A DNA stretch of 64,000 bases, from assembly GCA_034520965.1 (NCBI GenBank), contig JAXHMY010000003.1, forward strand, positions 640,001-704,000, written 5' to 3'. A program made the position numbers and the translations under genes. Position 1 is the first letter of the stretch, and each line of letters opens with the position of its first letter. Under the pieces are notes generated by a model. It had not been told where the DNA came from, did no database searches, and was given only the letters and a program-made list of their open reading frames with translations. This document shows, one piece after another, positions 40,020 through 52,486 of this stretch. This DNA comes from Spirochaetia bacterium (GTDB lineage Bacteria; Spirochaetota; Spirochaetia; DSM-16054; Sediminispirochaetaceae).

Positions 40020-43000
40020 AGGCTCGACGGCACCTCCTCACGCGGTGAATCCTGGGCAAATTCCCGGGCATAAGCCCGATAGTTGTGGCGGAAAATGAGG
40101 TTCACCTGGTCTGAATAGGGGGCGATGGTCTCGATTTTTTCGGTCGGCACCGCCGTAACCACCTGCATGCCCAGGCGCCGGAAAAAGGTAAGCGCGGTGC
40201 CGATACGCGTGTCGTCCATCTTGTTGAAGGCTTCGTCAAACAGGGCCAGTCGTATGGCCCCTTCCTCCTCCTTGAAAAAACGGAAGAAACTGGCCCCCAG
40301 GGCTACGTAGTAGGGAGTCTGGGCCTCGCCTCCCGATTTCTCCCGTAGCACCTTCGACAAATTCGACTCGTGCGGCCTGCCGGTGCTCTTGTCGATACTG
40401 TGCATATGCCGGATACGGATATCGTAGGTGAAGTAGGTGCGGTAATCACAGATTTCCCGTACCCGAGGAGAGTCGAGGTCATTGGTTAAAATCTCCTTGA
40501 ACAGCGCCTCGATGCTCTGTTTTTCCTCCTCCGAGGTGAGGCTCTCGAACAGAGTATCCTTATACTCCTCCACCTTCATGGCAGTACGGAACACCTCCAG
40601 AATCTGCCGTTTCTCGGGCCGCTCACGAATTGAAAAACTATACTGATCTTCACCAAAGGAAATTTCTTTGAGGGTGTGGTTGATCTCGGCAAAACTCTCG
40701 CGGGCGTCGTTGATATATTCGTTCATCCGAGCAACAAAGTGCTCTTTGAACTGGCGCTCGGCCTCACGCCGTGCCCGGGCTATCTTCTCGCGGTAAGCCG
40801 GCAGCTCGGTGTCCCGATAACGCAGCAGCAAATCAATGAAAGGCTGTGACCCTTCCGAAGTCTCATCCAGCATCAAGCGGTACTCCCGATTAAAGCGGCT
40901 CTTCAGCTTCAGCAGCTTCCGCTTTAGCCCGTTCCAGGCGGGTCTCCAGGCCCTTTGCGGGCGTTCTCGTAGTTGGCCAGCAGAGTGCGTAAATCCTCCA
41001 GAGAGGCGGACTCCCCTCCCCGCAGGCGCTCCAGAAAATAGGTCTCAAACTCATCGAGCCGGTGCCGTCGTTCACTCAGAAACTCCTCCAACCGGCCGGC
41101 GGCCTGCCCTTCAGCCACCTCCAGTCCGGCGGCATCGGCCTCCCGACGGTCAATCTCGCCCCGCAGCTTGCCGATCCTTTCATTGGCAAGCGCCCGCTCG
41201 CCCCGCAGCTTAGCCAACTCCTCATCGGCCGCTTCTATTCGACCGCGCAGTTCTTCTATCTCCGACACATCTATCTCGCCAATCTGCCTTTCTACATCGG
41301 TACAGTGCTGGTCGTATTGGGCCTCCAGCCGGCGGGCTCCGGCAAAATCTTTTACCTGATTGAGCACTCCGAACACGTCGGTCAGCATCTGTCTGCGCCG
41401 TACCGCCCGTTCCAAATCCTGCCGGGCAGTTTCGTACTCGGCATTCAGACGCTTGATCTCTGCGCTAATGTGGGCATGCCGCCGGCGGCGGGCTTCGCCG
41501 CCGATATACCAGCGCGAATATACCCGGGGCTCCAGCCTAAACACAGTGTGGCCGCTGTAATACATACAGTCGGAGCTGATCGCCCGTTCAAACTCAGTGA
41601 GGGACTCACCGTCGCTGCGAATAATATCGCCCATCAACTGGGCACAGTAGCGCAGGGCCGGCGGATTCTCCGTCTCCACCATTTCCGCCAGAGAACCCGC
41701 CGCTACCTCGGCATCCTCCATCCGGGCCAGATACGGCAGCCCCACTCCGGACACCTCCGGTTCCTGCTGTTTATACAGTTCAAAAGCCTGCTCAAAATGC
41801 GAGTCCTCCACCAGTAAATCAAAACGCCTGTCTCCGAGGACCCCTTCAACTGCATTCCGCCACTGCGGGTCGCTCATCTCCAGCAGCTCGGCGAAAATCC
41901 ACACCTGCAGGCCCGCCGCTTCCAAGGCCGCCTTCAGACGCTCCACTGCCGTCGGATAACGCAGACGACCAGCCTCCAGCTCTTCCAGCTCGGACTGCAG
42001 CTCGGCCAGTTCGGCCAGCTGCTCCTTCACAAGGCGGTTCAAGCCGGCAGTCTGCTCCCCAACCGCCTCCAGTTCTTCCGCGACAGAGGCAATCTCGGCG
42101 TCCACATCCTCGGCCGGGTCCCGCTCCAGTTTCGCAGCACACTCACTCAGCACCTGCTCAAAGCGCTCGGCCTGCCGCCGGTACTCATCCCGCCGGCGGG
42201 CAAGTTCATCCCGTTTGTTCTCCAGGCTTTCGAGCAGCCTTTGGGTATCGTTATTGGCCAAGGCCGCCCTCAGCTCATCGCGCAGCTGCTCGTAACGAAT
42301 ACGCTGCTCTTCAAGGCTTGCCAGCTGCTGCTGCACCTCCGCCAAATCACCCCGCGCCCGCTGCAAGGCCGCAGTATTCACCTCTGCCTCGCGCCGCACC
42401 GCCAAGTGACCGGCTTTCAAGCGAAGGTAGTCCTGACTCTCTATCTGCCGGCCGACAGTATCGGTTTCCCCCTGGCTGCGGGCAATCTCCTCTAAAGCGG
42501 CTATCTTGCGTTCCATCAGGGACGCCTCTTCCTCGGCCTCGCGGTAGTTATTCAGGTTCTCCCGCATAGCCGACACATCCACAAAGCGCTCTTCCAGAAT
42601 ATAGTCGCAGACAAACTGGTCGACCGAGGTAAGCGGGGTAAAGGAGACCGAGCGCAGCAGCGCTTCCAGGTAGGGATTAAAGCTCACATTGCGGCGATGC
42701 ACCTTCAGCCGCATGGTCAGCTGGGCGTTGTACTCCCGCTTGGTGGCACAGAGCACCGCCCCCATCTCCTGCAGACTGCGGCGCAGCTCTTTAGCCGCCC
42801 GGTAGAACCCGTCCCGGCTTAGTGGAACGTCATCCAGCCGGTGGTTATCAAGCAGCCACTGACTCTCCTTCACGCTTGCGTCGGTAAAGGCCTCGACCAT
42901 CACCCCGGCACAGAAGATGCGGTCGGCGGCGCTGAACTCCAGTACAATGTGGGCAATAGTGTCGCCGCGGGCGTATTCAGCCCCCTCCATCCCCATTTTA

Positions 43001-43230
43001 CAGCGCACATAGCTCTCCAGACTGCGGGCACTCTGCCTCGAAGTGGCTGCAGAAGAGTTAAAGCGGATTTTATTTATGTTCGCCACCAGAGCATACTGCA
43101 GCGCATCGATAATCGTCGATTTTCCGCTCCCGTTATCGCCGGCCAGCAGACTGATCTCTTTGAACTGCACCGTCTCATCCTGAAAATAGTGCCAATTTAC
43201 CAACCGCATCCGGTTCAGCAGCAACTTCAT
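40016..43230 (-). CDS. jetC: Wadjet JetC SMC/MukB-like ATPase (apparent frameshifts ~40900-40955)
   Basis: LVNWH, Walker A GDNGSGKST, long coiled coils with hinge (W..AVEG.LG..RF), KSGGE signature, Walker B LFDEAF. Confidence 0.92.
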
Positions 43231-43814
43231 TCTTCCTCCCCGTCTTCATCATCACTACCGGCAGTAAGAGTATCAAACAACTCCTCAATATCCCGGCCTT
43301 CCAAAACAAAGGGGATACTCGGATACAAGACCAACAGACTCCCCGGATCCTCCGCCTCACCGAGGATGCTAATAAACTTCAACGACTGCAGTCGCCGCAG
43401 CATAGTTATAAAGCGGGTCTTCGAAACCGGCCGTTCGGTCAAAACCCTGAAACGGTCCTGAAACTCCACCTGCTGCAGGGTCACTTCGCTGCGCAGGGAC
43501 AGTTCGTTGCGCTTCTCGTTGTATATCACCAGCAGCACCAACAGCCCCAGGGTCTCTTCCAAGTTCAAGTTTGTGCGCCGGCCCGCCTCGCCGCGGTAGG
43601 TAATGAGCCCCAGCCCTTCGTCCTTCAAAAGGCTCAGGCCGACAAAGGAAAACCACTCTTCCACCGCCGCGAAGTTTCGCAGGGCAAAGCTGTACAGCTG
43701 CTCCTCCGCATCCACCGACCGCAGCAAAAACACCTCGCTCAGCAAAACCCGCACCACCTTCGCAAACATCTCCCGGTCGCCGGCATTCAGCCGCAGTACT
43801 CCCTCAAGCGCCAT
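43227..43814 (-). CDS. jetB: Wadjet JetB (KITE, DUF4194-like)
   Basis: 195-aa gene between jetA and jetC; ETL.LLVL..IY.E, YPSI. Confidence 0.85.
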   Translation of the reverse strand: MALEGVLRLNAGDREMFAKVVRVLLSEVFLLRSVDAEEQLYSFALRNFAAVEEWFSFVGLSLLKDEGLGLITYRGEAGRRTNLNLEETLGLLVLLVIYNEKRNELSLRSEVTLQQVEFQDRFRVLTERPVSKTRFITMLRRLQSLKFISILGEAEDPGSLLVLYPSIPFVLEGRDIEELFDTLTAGSDDEDGEEE

Positions 43815-45288
43815 CGCCGCCCCTCCTCCGCTCGATATAGTAATGGTCCTGAAAATGAAACCCCTGCACTTCCACCTCGCCCTGTCCCCACACTACTTCG
43901 AAGGGAAAGTCGGCACGCCCGGCCTCGGCATAGCCGGCCGCATAAAGCAGCTTGATAAACCCGTCCATATCCCGGGCGATATCCTGCGAGCGCAGGGCTC
44001 CCCGGGGCATATCGGCTTCCGCATCATCCGGTCGACCACGCACAGCCCGCAGAAACTCCGCCACCTTTCTCGGGTTTAGCTGTCCGGTTACCTTCAGCTC
44101 CATCTCGCGCTGTTTGAAAAGAAGATCCGAATCATCCTCCGGGACGCCGACCGCCGCCGACTCCACACTCCGGCTGCCCCTCGGCCGGGTGTAGAGTGAC
44201 CCAGGGGCCAGAAAGCGGGAGTGGTACAGCTGCAGCGGAACCTCCCCCGCACCAAGGCTGCCCTTCGCCAGGGCCGTCACAATGTCACGCAGCTTTCCCT
44301 GCAGACTGGCATCACTGTACAGCTTGGTTTTTATCTTTTGGGTAGAAATCTTGGAATAGCGCCGGTTTTTATCATCGATCTCATCGAGTATCGGGTCTAT
44401 TCCCCGCAAACTGTCGCGGATCTCCTTGAGCATCTCCACCATCAATTTACGGGCCTGTTCGACAGAGGTCCGTTTGACCACCGCCAGCCGCTCGGCGTTA
44501 GCCCGCAGCCAGGCCTCGTCCTGCAGAAAAGCTCCCACCGCCTTATTGATCAGGGGCCGGTACTTAGAGAGGTTATCAGAAGTCTTCAAGCGGTTATAGG
44601 CCCGGTCGACCACCTCATGCATGTACAAGTCGTAGTGAATATGCAGAATCTCATGCACCTCTGCCTCTTCGCTATACAGATTCTGCAGATAGGTTCGGAT
44701 ATTCTGACTCAAAACCTTCAGCGATTCGACTAAACGCCGCACATGTGAATGGGCACTCATCAGATTGTAATGCCCATTCTCCCGGGCCGCCCCGCCGGTC
44801 AGCAGAGAATACACCGCCACAATATGGCTCTCGTACTCCTCGGCCATTCCCGTCGAAGTAGAATAGAGCGCCTCGAAAAAGGGCTTGGCCCAGCTGTTCA
44901 TCGTCACCAGCTGGGTAAAATCCTCCAGAATCTCGTTCCCCACCCAGCCGTAGGCAGTCAGCCGCCGCAAAAAGTAGTTGGCCACATCCCGCGGGCTGCG
45001 CTCATCCCTCGCAGCAGCCGTCTCGTCCGCCGCCCCTTCTCCGGGCGGCGCCTTTGGCTCGGCTTCACCGGGCGGGGCAGTCTCCGCGGCATCGTCGTCA
45101 AAGTCCGCCTCGACCTCATGGCTGCGAAAATAGTCCTCGAACTCACGCACTACCTGGGCCCGCTCGATGCTTCCCTGGTACTCGAGAAACAGACGATAAA
45201 AGATCAGCAGCAGCGCCGCGTAATGCTCCTTCAGCGGCGAAGCCAGGGGCCTGAAAAAGTTTTCCGGTAACGTTTTGAATAAAGCCAT
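43804..45288 (-). CDS. jetA: Wadjet JetA (kleisin, DUF5716-like)
   Basis: LF..LPENFF.PL.S, L...GW, Y.RLKTSDN..KYR; first gene of the operon. Confidence 0.85.
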   Translation of the reverse strand: MALFKTLPENFFRPLASPLKEHYAALLLIFYRLFLEYQGSIERAQVVREFEDYFRSHEVEADFDDDAAETAPPGEAEPKAPPGEGAADETAAARDERSPRDVANYFLRRLTAYGWVGNEILEDFTQLVTMNSWAKPFFEALYSTSTGMAEEYESHIVAVYSLLTGGAARENGHYNLMSAHSHVRRLVESLKVLSQNIRTYLQNLYSEEAEVHEILHIHYDLYMHEVVDRAYNRLKTSDNLSKYRPLINKAVGAFLQDEAWLRANAERLAVVKRTSVEQARKLMVEMLKEIRDSLRGIDPILDEIDDKNRRYSKISTQKIKTKLYSDASLQGKLRDIVTALAKGSLGAGEVPLQLYHSRFLAPGSLYTRPRGSRSVESAAVGVPEDDSDLLFKQREMELKVTGQLNPRKVAEFLRAVRGRPDDAEADMPRGALRSQDIARDMDGFIKLLYAAGYAEAGRADFPFEVVWGQGEVEVQGFHFQDHYYIERRRGGDGA

Positions 45289-45381
45289 TGGAGTAAAAAA
45301 GTATATCACGGTGTCCGATCGAAGGCTATATGGTTTTAATAAAAATGCACTTCCATAGACATCCGCAGCCCATGCTTCATG

Positions 45382-46320
45382 CTAGTGCTTCAGGGTAGAC
45401 AGAGCCTCGATGTGTTCTACCGACAGTCCGCAGCAGCCGCCGACGGCACTCACCCCGTCGGCTATCCAGTCGACGGCATATGCCGTCAGATCGGCCGGCG
45501 ATATGATGTCTTCGAACTGCCAGTGGGGCATACGGAAAAAGCCACTGTCCGGGTAGGCGTAGCGCGGGCCGGTAAAGTAGCGGCCGAGAATTTCAAGGGC
45601 CGGGCCGGTTATATCCACATTCGAGTGCATAATGCCGGCCGCATCGGCTCCCTTGCGGGGCAGCAGTGCGATTACCTCTTCGAGCGGGATATCCTCCTCT
45701 GGAAAGTAGGACAGCACCTCGCCGTTTTCGCCCCAGCGGGCGGAAAAACCGGCCCACACCGGCAGCCCGGTGGACAGCGCAGCCTCCAGTGCGCATTGGA
45801 AGCGCTGGGGATGGTACATCATCTCGAGCATAAGCAGGTCGCAGCCGCCGTCTTTTAGCAATCCGGCTGCCTCGTGCAGCGCAGCACAGAACTTCTCGCG
45901 CCCCACCCCGGAATAAGGGTCGGCCGATTCGGAGCCGATGGAGGTCATAGGTACCATATGCGAGAGCGAGCCGGCCACCAGTACGTCGCTGTGGCCGTGT
46001 TCCCCGGAGACTCTCTCGCGGGCCTTTATTGCAGCGGCACAAGCGCTGCGGTAGACCTGTTCGATACGGTCGGCAAATCCGGCCGGTTCAAGCATGAGAC
46101 GGGTGGTGGCAAAAGTGTTAGTAATGATGATCTCGGCCCCGGCGTAAATGTAGTCCTGGTGAACCTCCTCCAGCATTCCACGGTGGCTGATGTTGGCCGG
46201 CCCGCACCAGGCGTCGTCGTTCATGTCGGCGCCGCGCTTCTCCAGCTCAGTGCCGGTGGCTCCGTCGATCAGCACCACGCCGCCCTCGGTCATACGCCTC
46301 AAAATTTGTGTATATCCCAT
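45382..46320 (-). CDS. Homocysteine S-methyltransferase family protein
   Basis: IDGATGTEL, H.DYI.AGA.II.TNTF, VAGS, GGCCG. Confidence 0.88.
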   Translation of the reverse strand: MGYTQILRRMTEGGVVLIDGATGTELEKRGADMNDDAWCGPANISHRGMLEEVHQDYIYAGAEIIITNTFATTRLMLEPAGFADRIEQVYRSACAAAIKARERVSGEHGHSDVLVAGSLSHMVPMTSIGSESADPYSGVGREKFCAALHEAAGLLKDGGCDLLMLEMMYHPQRFQCALEAALSTGLPVWAGFSARWGENGEVLSYFPEEDIPLEEVIALLPRKGADAAGIMHSNVDITGPALEILGRYFTGPRYAYPDSGFFRMPHWQFEDIISPADLTAYAVDWIADGVSAVGGCCGLSVEHIEALSTLKH

Positions 46321-46527
46321 AACTGCCTCCTCTATTTCTACTTACACCATAAGAAGTCCGATGTCAAACTGCAAGCCGCTGTCGCCTTTTCCAAATGGAC
46401 GCCATTCGTAGTTCTACCTGCGGGCAACCACACTCCGGCCAATCAACATATTTCGATTTTTAGCAATCAGATTATGAAAATTCCGTATTCCGTTGTAAAA
46501 TAAGCATAAATGAAAGGAGTAACCCCT

Positions 46528-47490
46528 ATGGCAAAATTGAAAAAATACCATCCCGTCGATGCCTCTGAAGTATCGCGGTTCTGCGGAATACGTTCCTTCA
46601 TGCGACTCCCCCAAGCACAAACCCACGATGATGTAGATTTTGCAATCCTCGGAGCCCCGGCGGACACCGGCTCAACCTTCAGACCCGGCCAAAGATTCGC
46701 TCCCGCAGCCATCCGGGAAATGTCTATGATGCTAAGAGCCGCCAGCCTTACCCTCGACATCAACATCTTCGAATATATCTCCGGGGTCGACTGGGGCGAC
46801 GTAAATGTAAGCCCCTGCGACCTGGCAAAAGCGCATGCTGCCATTCAAGCCGAGGTGGCCAACATACTCGCCGGGGATGTAATCCCCATCTGTCTGGGCG
46901 GAGACCACTCCGTCACTCTGCCGCAACTGCGGGCCGTGGCGCAGAAGCACGGGCCGGTGGCGCTGGTGCACTTCGATGCCCATCTGGATACCTACGATAT
47001 CGAAAATGGCGATACCCTCACCCACGGAACCCCCTTTTACATAGCCTGCCAAGAGGGACTCATCGATACCGCCCGCTCTATCCAGGTCGGCATCCGCGGT
47101 CTATTCAACACTTCCGCCCGAAAAGTATCGGAGGATTTAGGCTTCCAGGTCATCATGGCCGAGGAAATGCGTGAAATGGGGCTCGATGAAGTAGGCCGGC
47201 GGATCACCGCCCGGGTCGGAGATGCCAAAACCTTCCTCACCTACGACATCGATTTTGTCGACCCGGCCTTCGCCCCCGGCACGGGCACCATCGAGGTGGG
47301 CGGCTTCACCAGTTATGAAGCTCTAAAATTACTGCGTCAAACCAAGGACCTCAATTACGTGGCCATGGATATCGTCGAGGTACTGCCCTCCTTCGACCCG
47401 ACCCAAATCACCGCCTATCTCGGCGGCGCCATTGTGCATGAGTTTCTGGCCATGCTGGCCCACCGAAAGCGAGGGCAACAACCAAGCTGA
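46528..47490 (+). CDS. speB: Agmatinase / ureohydrolase
   Basis: RPGQRFAP..IR, GGDHS, DAHLD, HGTPF, DIDFVDPAFAPGTGT; AAGGAG RBS. Confidence 0.88.
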   Translation: MAKLKKYHPVDASEVSRFCGIRSFMRLPQAQTHDDVDFAILGAPADTGSTFRPGQRFAPAAIREMSMMLRAASLTLDINIFEYISGVDWGDVNVSPCDLAKAHAAIQAEVANILAGDVIPICLGGDHSVTLPQLRAVAQKHGPVALVHFDAHLDTYDIENGDTLTHGTPFYIACQEGLIDTARSIQVGIRGLFNTSARKVSEDLGFQVIMAEEMREMGLDEVGRRITARVGDAKTFLTYDIDFVDPAFAPGTGTIEVGGFTSYEALKLLRQTKDLNYVAMDIVEVLPSFDPTQITAYLGGAIVHEFLAMLAHRKRGQQPS

Positions 47491-47537
47491 AAACCCCTGT
47501 CCTTCGGATAGGCTATAATCGGCCAAGGAGTTTTACT

Positions 47538-48041
47538 ATGTTAATGGATACAATTATCAGCACTATGTCGGAAACTATGCAGCAGATGCGCGGTGAAGGG
47601 ATCTTCCTCACCACCAAGGCCAAGAAAACCAATACCATGATCATCGGCTGGGGCGGAATCAACGTATATTTCCGCCGGCCGATCTTCCTAGTGCCCGTAC
47701 GATTATCGCGCTATACCCACGGGCTGATGGAAGCCTCCACCCACTTTACAGTCAGTGTCCCGCGACCAGGCGAACTCACTAAAGCCATTGCCTTTTGCGG
47801 CAGCGAATCCGGCCGGGACTACGACAAGTTCGCCGAATGCGGCCTGACCCCTGTTCCGGGCCGGGAAACCGATGTGCCGGTAATCGGCGAGTGCCGGGTT
47901 CATTACGAATGCGAAATAATCTACAAACAGCACATGGAAAAGGACAATCTGAAGCCGGAAGTAAACTCGGAAGTATACCCGAACTCGGTGTACCACAGCT
48001 TCTACTTCGGCCAGATAATTGCATGCTATACGACAGAGTAG
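47538..48041 (+). CDS. Flavin reductase (flavoredoxin-like) family protein
   Basis: NTM.IGWG, VR.SRYT, FCGS.SGRD.DK, ECEI, YH..Y.G.I. Confidence 0.88.
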   Translation: MLMDTIISTMSETMQQMRGEGIFLTTKAKKTNTMIIGWGGINVYFRRPIFLVPVRLSRYTHGLMEASTHFTVSVPRPGELTKAIAFCGSESGRDYDKFAECGLTPVPGRETDVPVIGECRVHYECEIIYKQHMEKDNLKPEVNSEVYPNSVYHSFYFGQIIACYTTE

Positions 48042-48314
48042 TATAACCGGAGTATGGATAAAATTGTGTTTTCTGAAATGATAGAAAGCTTACCCGCAGT
48101 TCAGTATCGAAAAAACGAGCAAGAACTTTTAATTACGCGGGAGTATTCTGTCGATATGAACACTCCCTTTGACTGTTAGGAGAAACACATCACTATAGGT
48201 TTTACCGGGTTGTTCCTACTCTTCATCGTATTCAAGCTAACAATTACTCTGGGCTAATCAGACTGCCCGTTTTCGGACATACACACCAAAACCTTCAGTT
48301 GAGAATACCGGCTA

Positions 48315-49480
48315 CTAGTCCGCGATATTCAATCTCAAAAAGGGAGTCAAGCATGCCAGGAAAATCATAAAGAGCCCAATTAGAATAAACCCGAATGAAA
48401 AAGACACAGCATCCCCCATAAATCCAACGAATGCGGGCACTCCACCACTGGCGATAAATGATGCTATTGGGAGGGTCATGGAGAGAGCTACATTGCGTGA
48501 ACCAGGAGGTCCAATCGAAGATAGAGCTGAGAGAACCGCCGGAACAGCCAATGCACCTATCGCAGGCTGAAAAAAAATCGTCAGCGTAAGCCAACGACCC
48601 GAGAAAAGTCCTAAAAAAACAATACTGAGACCTGAAAGACCCATTACAGCAAAGATAGTTCTCCTAATACCTATTTTGTCAAGGATGAGACCTGCCGTCA
48701 GGAGGGCAATCACCGGCACAAATCGTGAGATGCCAAAGACCATATTAGTGAAAACTGGGGAGAACCCTACCTCAGAAATCATAAAAGTAGGTATCATCAT
48801 ATATATTCCCTGCACGCTTCCCAAAGCAAACCCGAGAAAAAGCATTAGAATCCAAAAGGAGGGAAGTTTTAATAATGGAAAGATATTGCCGATTGTTGGT
48901 GGCTCACCCCGCTCTCTTCCCACCTTCACGAATAGTTGAAAAATAAGGGTTACAATAAGTACAGCTCCCCCTGCAACAGCAAACACCCCTCGCCAAGAGA
49001 GCCACGGCTTGAGAACCACCGCAAACATTGGCACAGTAGCCATAGCAAAATGAGATCCGAGCTCATGTAGAGAGAGCCCCTTCTGCCAATCCTTTTTTCT
49101 CAGGGATTCCGGTGATCGTGGGTATTCCAGAAGGTGGATAGAGTCCTGTACCTATTCCAAGCAGCACCATCACTATCTGTAAAAACCACACACTTGGAGC
49201 AATGGCCATGAGAAACATGGAAGCAGCTACAATCAAAGAACAGAATACTATAGTACCCTTATGACGCAGTCGAGCGGAGACAAATCCAGAAAAAAAGGTC
49301 ATCACCGAAGTTCCAACACTGAGATATAAGAACAGCTGTGAGGCTTTAGTATGTGAAGTGAAAAATCTCTATTTTAAGGAGCAGTGGTGAAATTAGCGTC
49401 CTGGCAAAGATATGAAAATAAAATATAAAAACAATTAACAAAAGAGGCCCAAATGCCTTTCTGAAGCTTTTAAATTCCAT
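48315..49480 (-). CDS. MFS transporter (several apparent frameshifts)
   Basis: Hydrophobic segments over ORFs 48315-49043 and 49063-49305 plus N-terminus MEFKSF..FAR..ISPLL after a GAGGAG RBS; G.ILDKIG.RR motif A. Confidence 0.75.
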
Positions 49481-49558
49481 TTTAACGTCTCCTCACAATT
49501 AGCGGGTTATTAAGTCCTTATGTAAATCACATCGGTATTTTCGTGGTCGCTTATATCT

Positions 49559-52462
49559 TTACTCCACACTAGCAGGCCAATCAACATCCAATAAAAGAGT
49601 AACGATTTCATACCCATCTACAGTAAAATCTATATCAAGCTTTAATTCTTGGTATCCAATCTGCTCGATAGCGGTTTCATCGGCTCTTGCTCGCCACACT
49701 TCCTTCACGGCAAGGTCTCCTTCAATTCGTGCATCTACCGCAGTTTCTTTAGAGTTGTAAAAACGAAGACACATATACTTTCCGTCTTCACTTTTTTTAA
49801 TTGTTGACATTACTAGGGTACTTGGTGAAAGCTGGAGCAAGCTAAGGGAAGCTGGATGACTTAGTGGCGTCTGATGTAATTGTTTTACCTGTGGCTTCGC
49901 ATCGAACTGCCGAGACGCATTTAGAACGAGATCTTCTTGAAAATCCCCGGAAAAGGGCAATAGTGCATATCTAAAAGTATAACTACCCTGACATTGTGCA
50001 TCGGGTGTCTGTGCAGGAGGTCCTGCATGACCAGGCCTGGAGGGGTTATCTTGTACTGAGAGCCACCCTATGCATCGCAGAAGAGTTAGGGCTATATACA
50101 TCTCATCTCCGTCGGGAACAATGTTGTGCTCAGGCAAGCCCTCCGACAGCACTGCGAGCCCGCTGTTTCCATCGGAAAGAGCAACCCAACGCTCATGAGG
50201 AAATACACTCGGAGGATCAACTACCCAACCCTCATGTGGCTGACCGCTTATTGCTCTTTTTTCGATATAAAACTTTCCGTCGGACACGATGTTCTGTATG
50301 GAAGGGAACACGTGCATACATACGAAGCCTGTTATCTTTGACATTATTGTGTACCCTAGTCTCAAATTCTACGAAAGGAGTATCCCATAGAACAAAGATC
50401 TTTTTTTCAATTATAAAATTTACTGTTTCGCCGGAGCGAACATCTCGGTTCTCAGAATCCAACTCTTTAGGCAGCTCAAAAATATATGAGACTTTAATAC
50501 ACCCTCTGACAGGTCCCTTTTCTAAAAGCATTGTCTCAACACTTTTCGGTTGCAAGATGGTATTTGTCTCGTTCTCAGAGTTTATCGGGCAAAAATCATA
50601 AGTATCGCCCCGGTCAGCCTGGTTTTGAAAATTGTGAATATCGGAAAATATTTTTCCACTTTCTTTATGGAAAAGATTTACCTTTCCCTTTTTATTTACT
50701 TCTACGCGAATAAAACGGTTTTCAAGGAAGCCCTCCCCCGCCTCGATGTTGTTAAAATTGGGTTCAACAAGTTTGTTGTTCTTAACTGCAAAAAGTTTAA
50801 CTAATGTGTATCCGTACGCAGGTAAAAAAGCAGGTATAAGTAAGTGAAGACGTAAAAAGTACGTATTCGTTTTAAACACAGTATCATCGGGGAAACAGCT
50901 AATTTCTTCAATTATCTTATCAATAGTATGGGATGACTCAAGTGCAATATCTCCGCATTTCAATATAAGAGACGGGTTGTTTGAACTAGTATCAATACTG
51001 AAAGCGACAATACTTCTTTCTCAATATACCGGAGATACTCTTGCCACCAATGAATGTTTTTAATAATGTGATCCGCCCTTGCTTCGGCAGGTACCCATAA
51101 GTCGTTAATAGTTTCACTTTTTAGAATTTGTACGGGTACTTCTATCTCGTTCCCATACACAAAAGATCTGCACTCCCCTTCCCAATAAGGTACATCAACT
51201 TTGGTATACACTACATCTTTTCGATATTGAGGAATACCGTTAAAAAGAAACAGGTTAACTGAGTTATTGTAGTTATTTCCGGTTTTTCCAGGAGTGAGTA
51301 CTGAGGCTATATAGTTTAATCCATCGTAGGACAGTGAATTTACTGTTTGTTCTGTTTTCGTAAAATTCCAATTCATTTCATTGTGGACCTGGTCTATACT
51401 GCAGCCGCAAATTGTATCGTGAAAATGGTTTCTTAGTAGCGCTTTCCATGCATCATCAAGGGCGTATTTCGGATAAGCATGTCCTAACAAATCTGCAAAG
51501 ACCATAAGTGGTTCTGTTTCTCTCTCTAATGCTCTTTCAAGAGAATAGTTTGTTTGTTTAATATGCATTCTTGATGAAAGGACTGAAGCAAGAATAGCCT
51601 CGTATTTACCTCCCCTTAATTCACCGGAAATAGTTTGAAGGGAAGTAATGTTTTTTTTCACTGTCCTTACATATTCCTCTGCAGAACCATGAACTATCTG
51701 ATAATCGGAAATATGTGTATTTGCATATTGGATAGTTTCGGGTAGTTTCCTTTCAGGAGCCATATGATCAGACCCATTCCAGATGGGAATGACGTCAGAA
51801 AAAGAACTCTTTTCACTGTTTTTAATAAGATTTTGTAACTTGGTTACTGCTAAAGTATGATTTGGTTCTAGCGTCCGTATATCCCCCCAAAAAAAAGGAT
51901 AAGCAAGATTACTTCCACTGTAATAACCCCCGTTTTGAAAAATAGCAATAACCGGGTCTTTATGTGGAGACTCCCAGATAAATTCAATCGCTTCTTTGCT
52001 TAAATGGTTCCCGAGACCCCTGCTAAAAATAAAACTTTCAATACCAAAATTTGTGAGAATTTGAGGCAATTGAGAAGGATGGCCAAAAGAATCAGGTAGC
52101 CACCCCACACACTTGTTTTCTCCCATACTTTTCGCGTACATGGTGCCTTTTAGTAAGTTTCTTATCAGACCCTCTCCTGAGACGATAAAATTGTCTGGCT
52201 GAAGATACCATGGTCCTATTCTCAACCTTCCTGATTTGATCAACTCAATAATGGTTTCTTTTTTTTCCGGTCGCAGATCAAGGTAATCGTCTACAATTGC
52301 CGTCTGACCATCTAAGTGAAAAAATTTAAATTCAGGGTCTTGTAATAGAAGCTCAAGTAGTCCGTCCATCATTTTTACCAGTTCAAGTCGAAACTCCTGT
52401 AGAGTTTTGTACCATTCCCTGTCCCAATGTGTGTGGGAGATAAGCATTACTGTTTTTTCCAT
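49559..52462 (-). CDS. GH38 alpha-mannosidase (MngB-like; split over three ORFs by apparent frameshifts)
   Basis: SHTHWDREWY, LDGQ, IGPWY, PDSFGH, HDTICGCSID, DRGDTYD, LTLLRC.GWL. Confidence 0.88.
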
Positions 52463-52486
52463 ATCACAATTTCCTGTATAAATTAA

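Noticed and set aside
46321..46527. Guanidine riboswitch upstream of the ureohydrolase
   Set aside because: No class I-III conserved motifs recognised by eye; a cmsearch would be needed to exclude it.
48054..48290. Short ORF after the flavin reductase
   Set aside because: About 40 codons then stop, with no recognisable family; probably debris at the island boundary.
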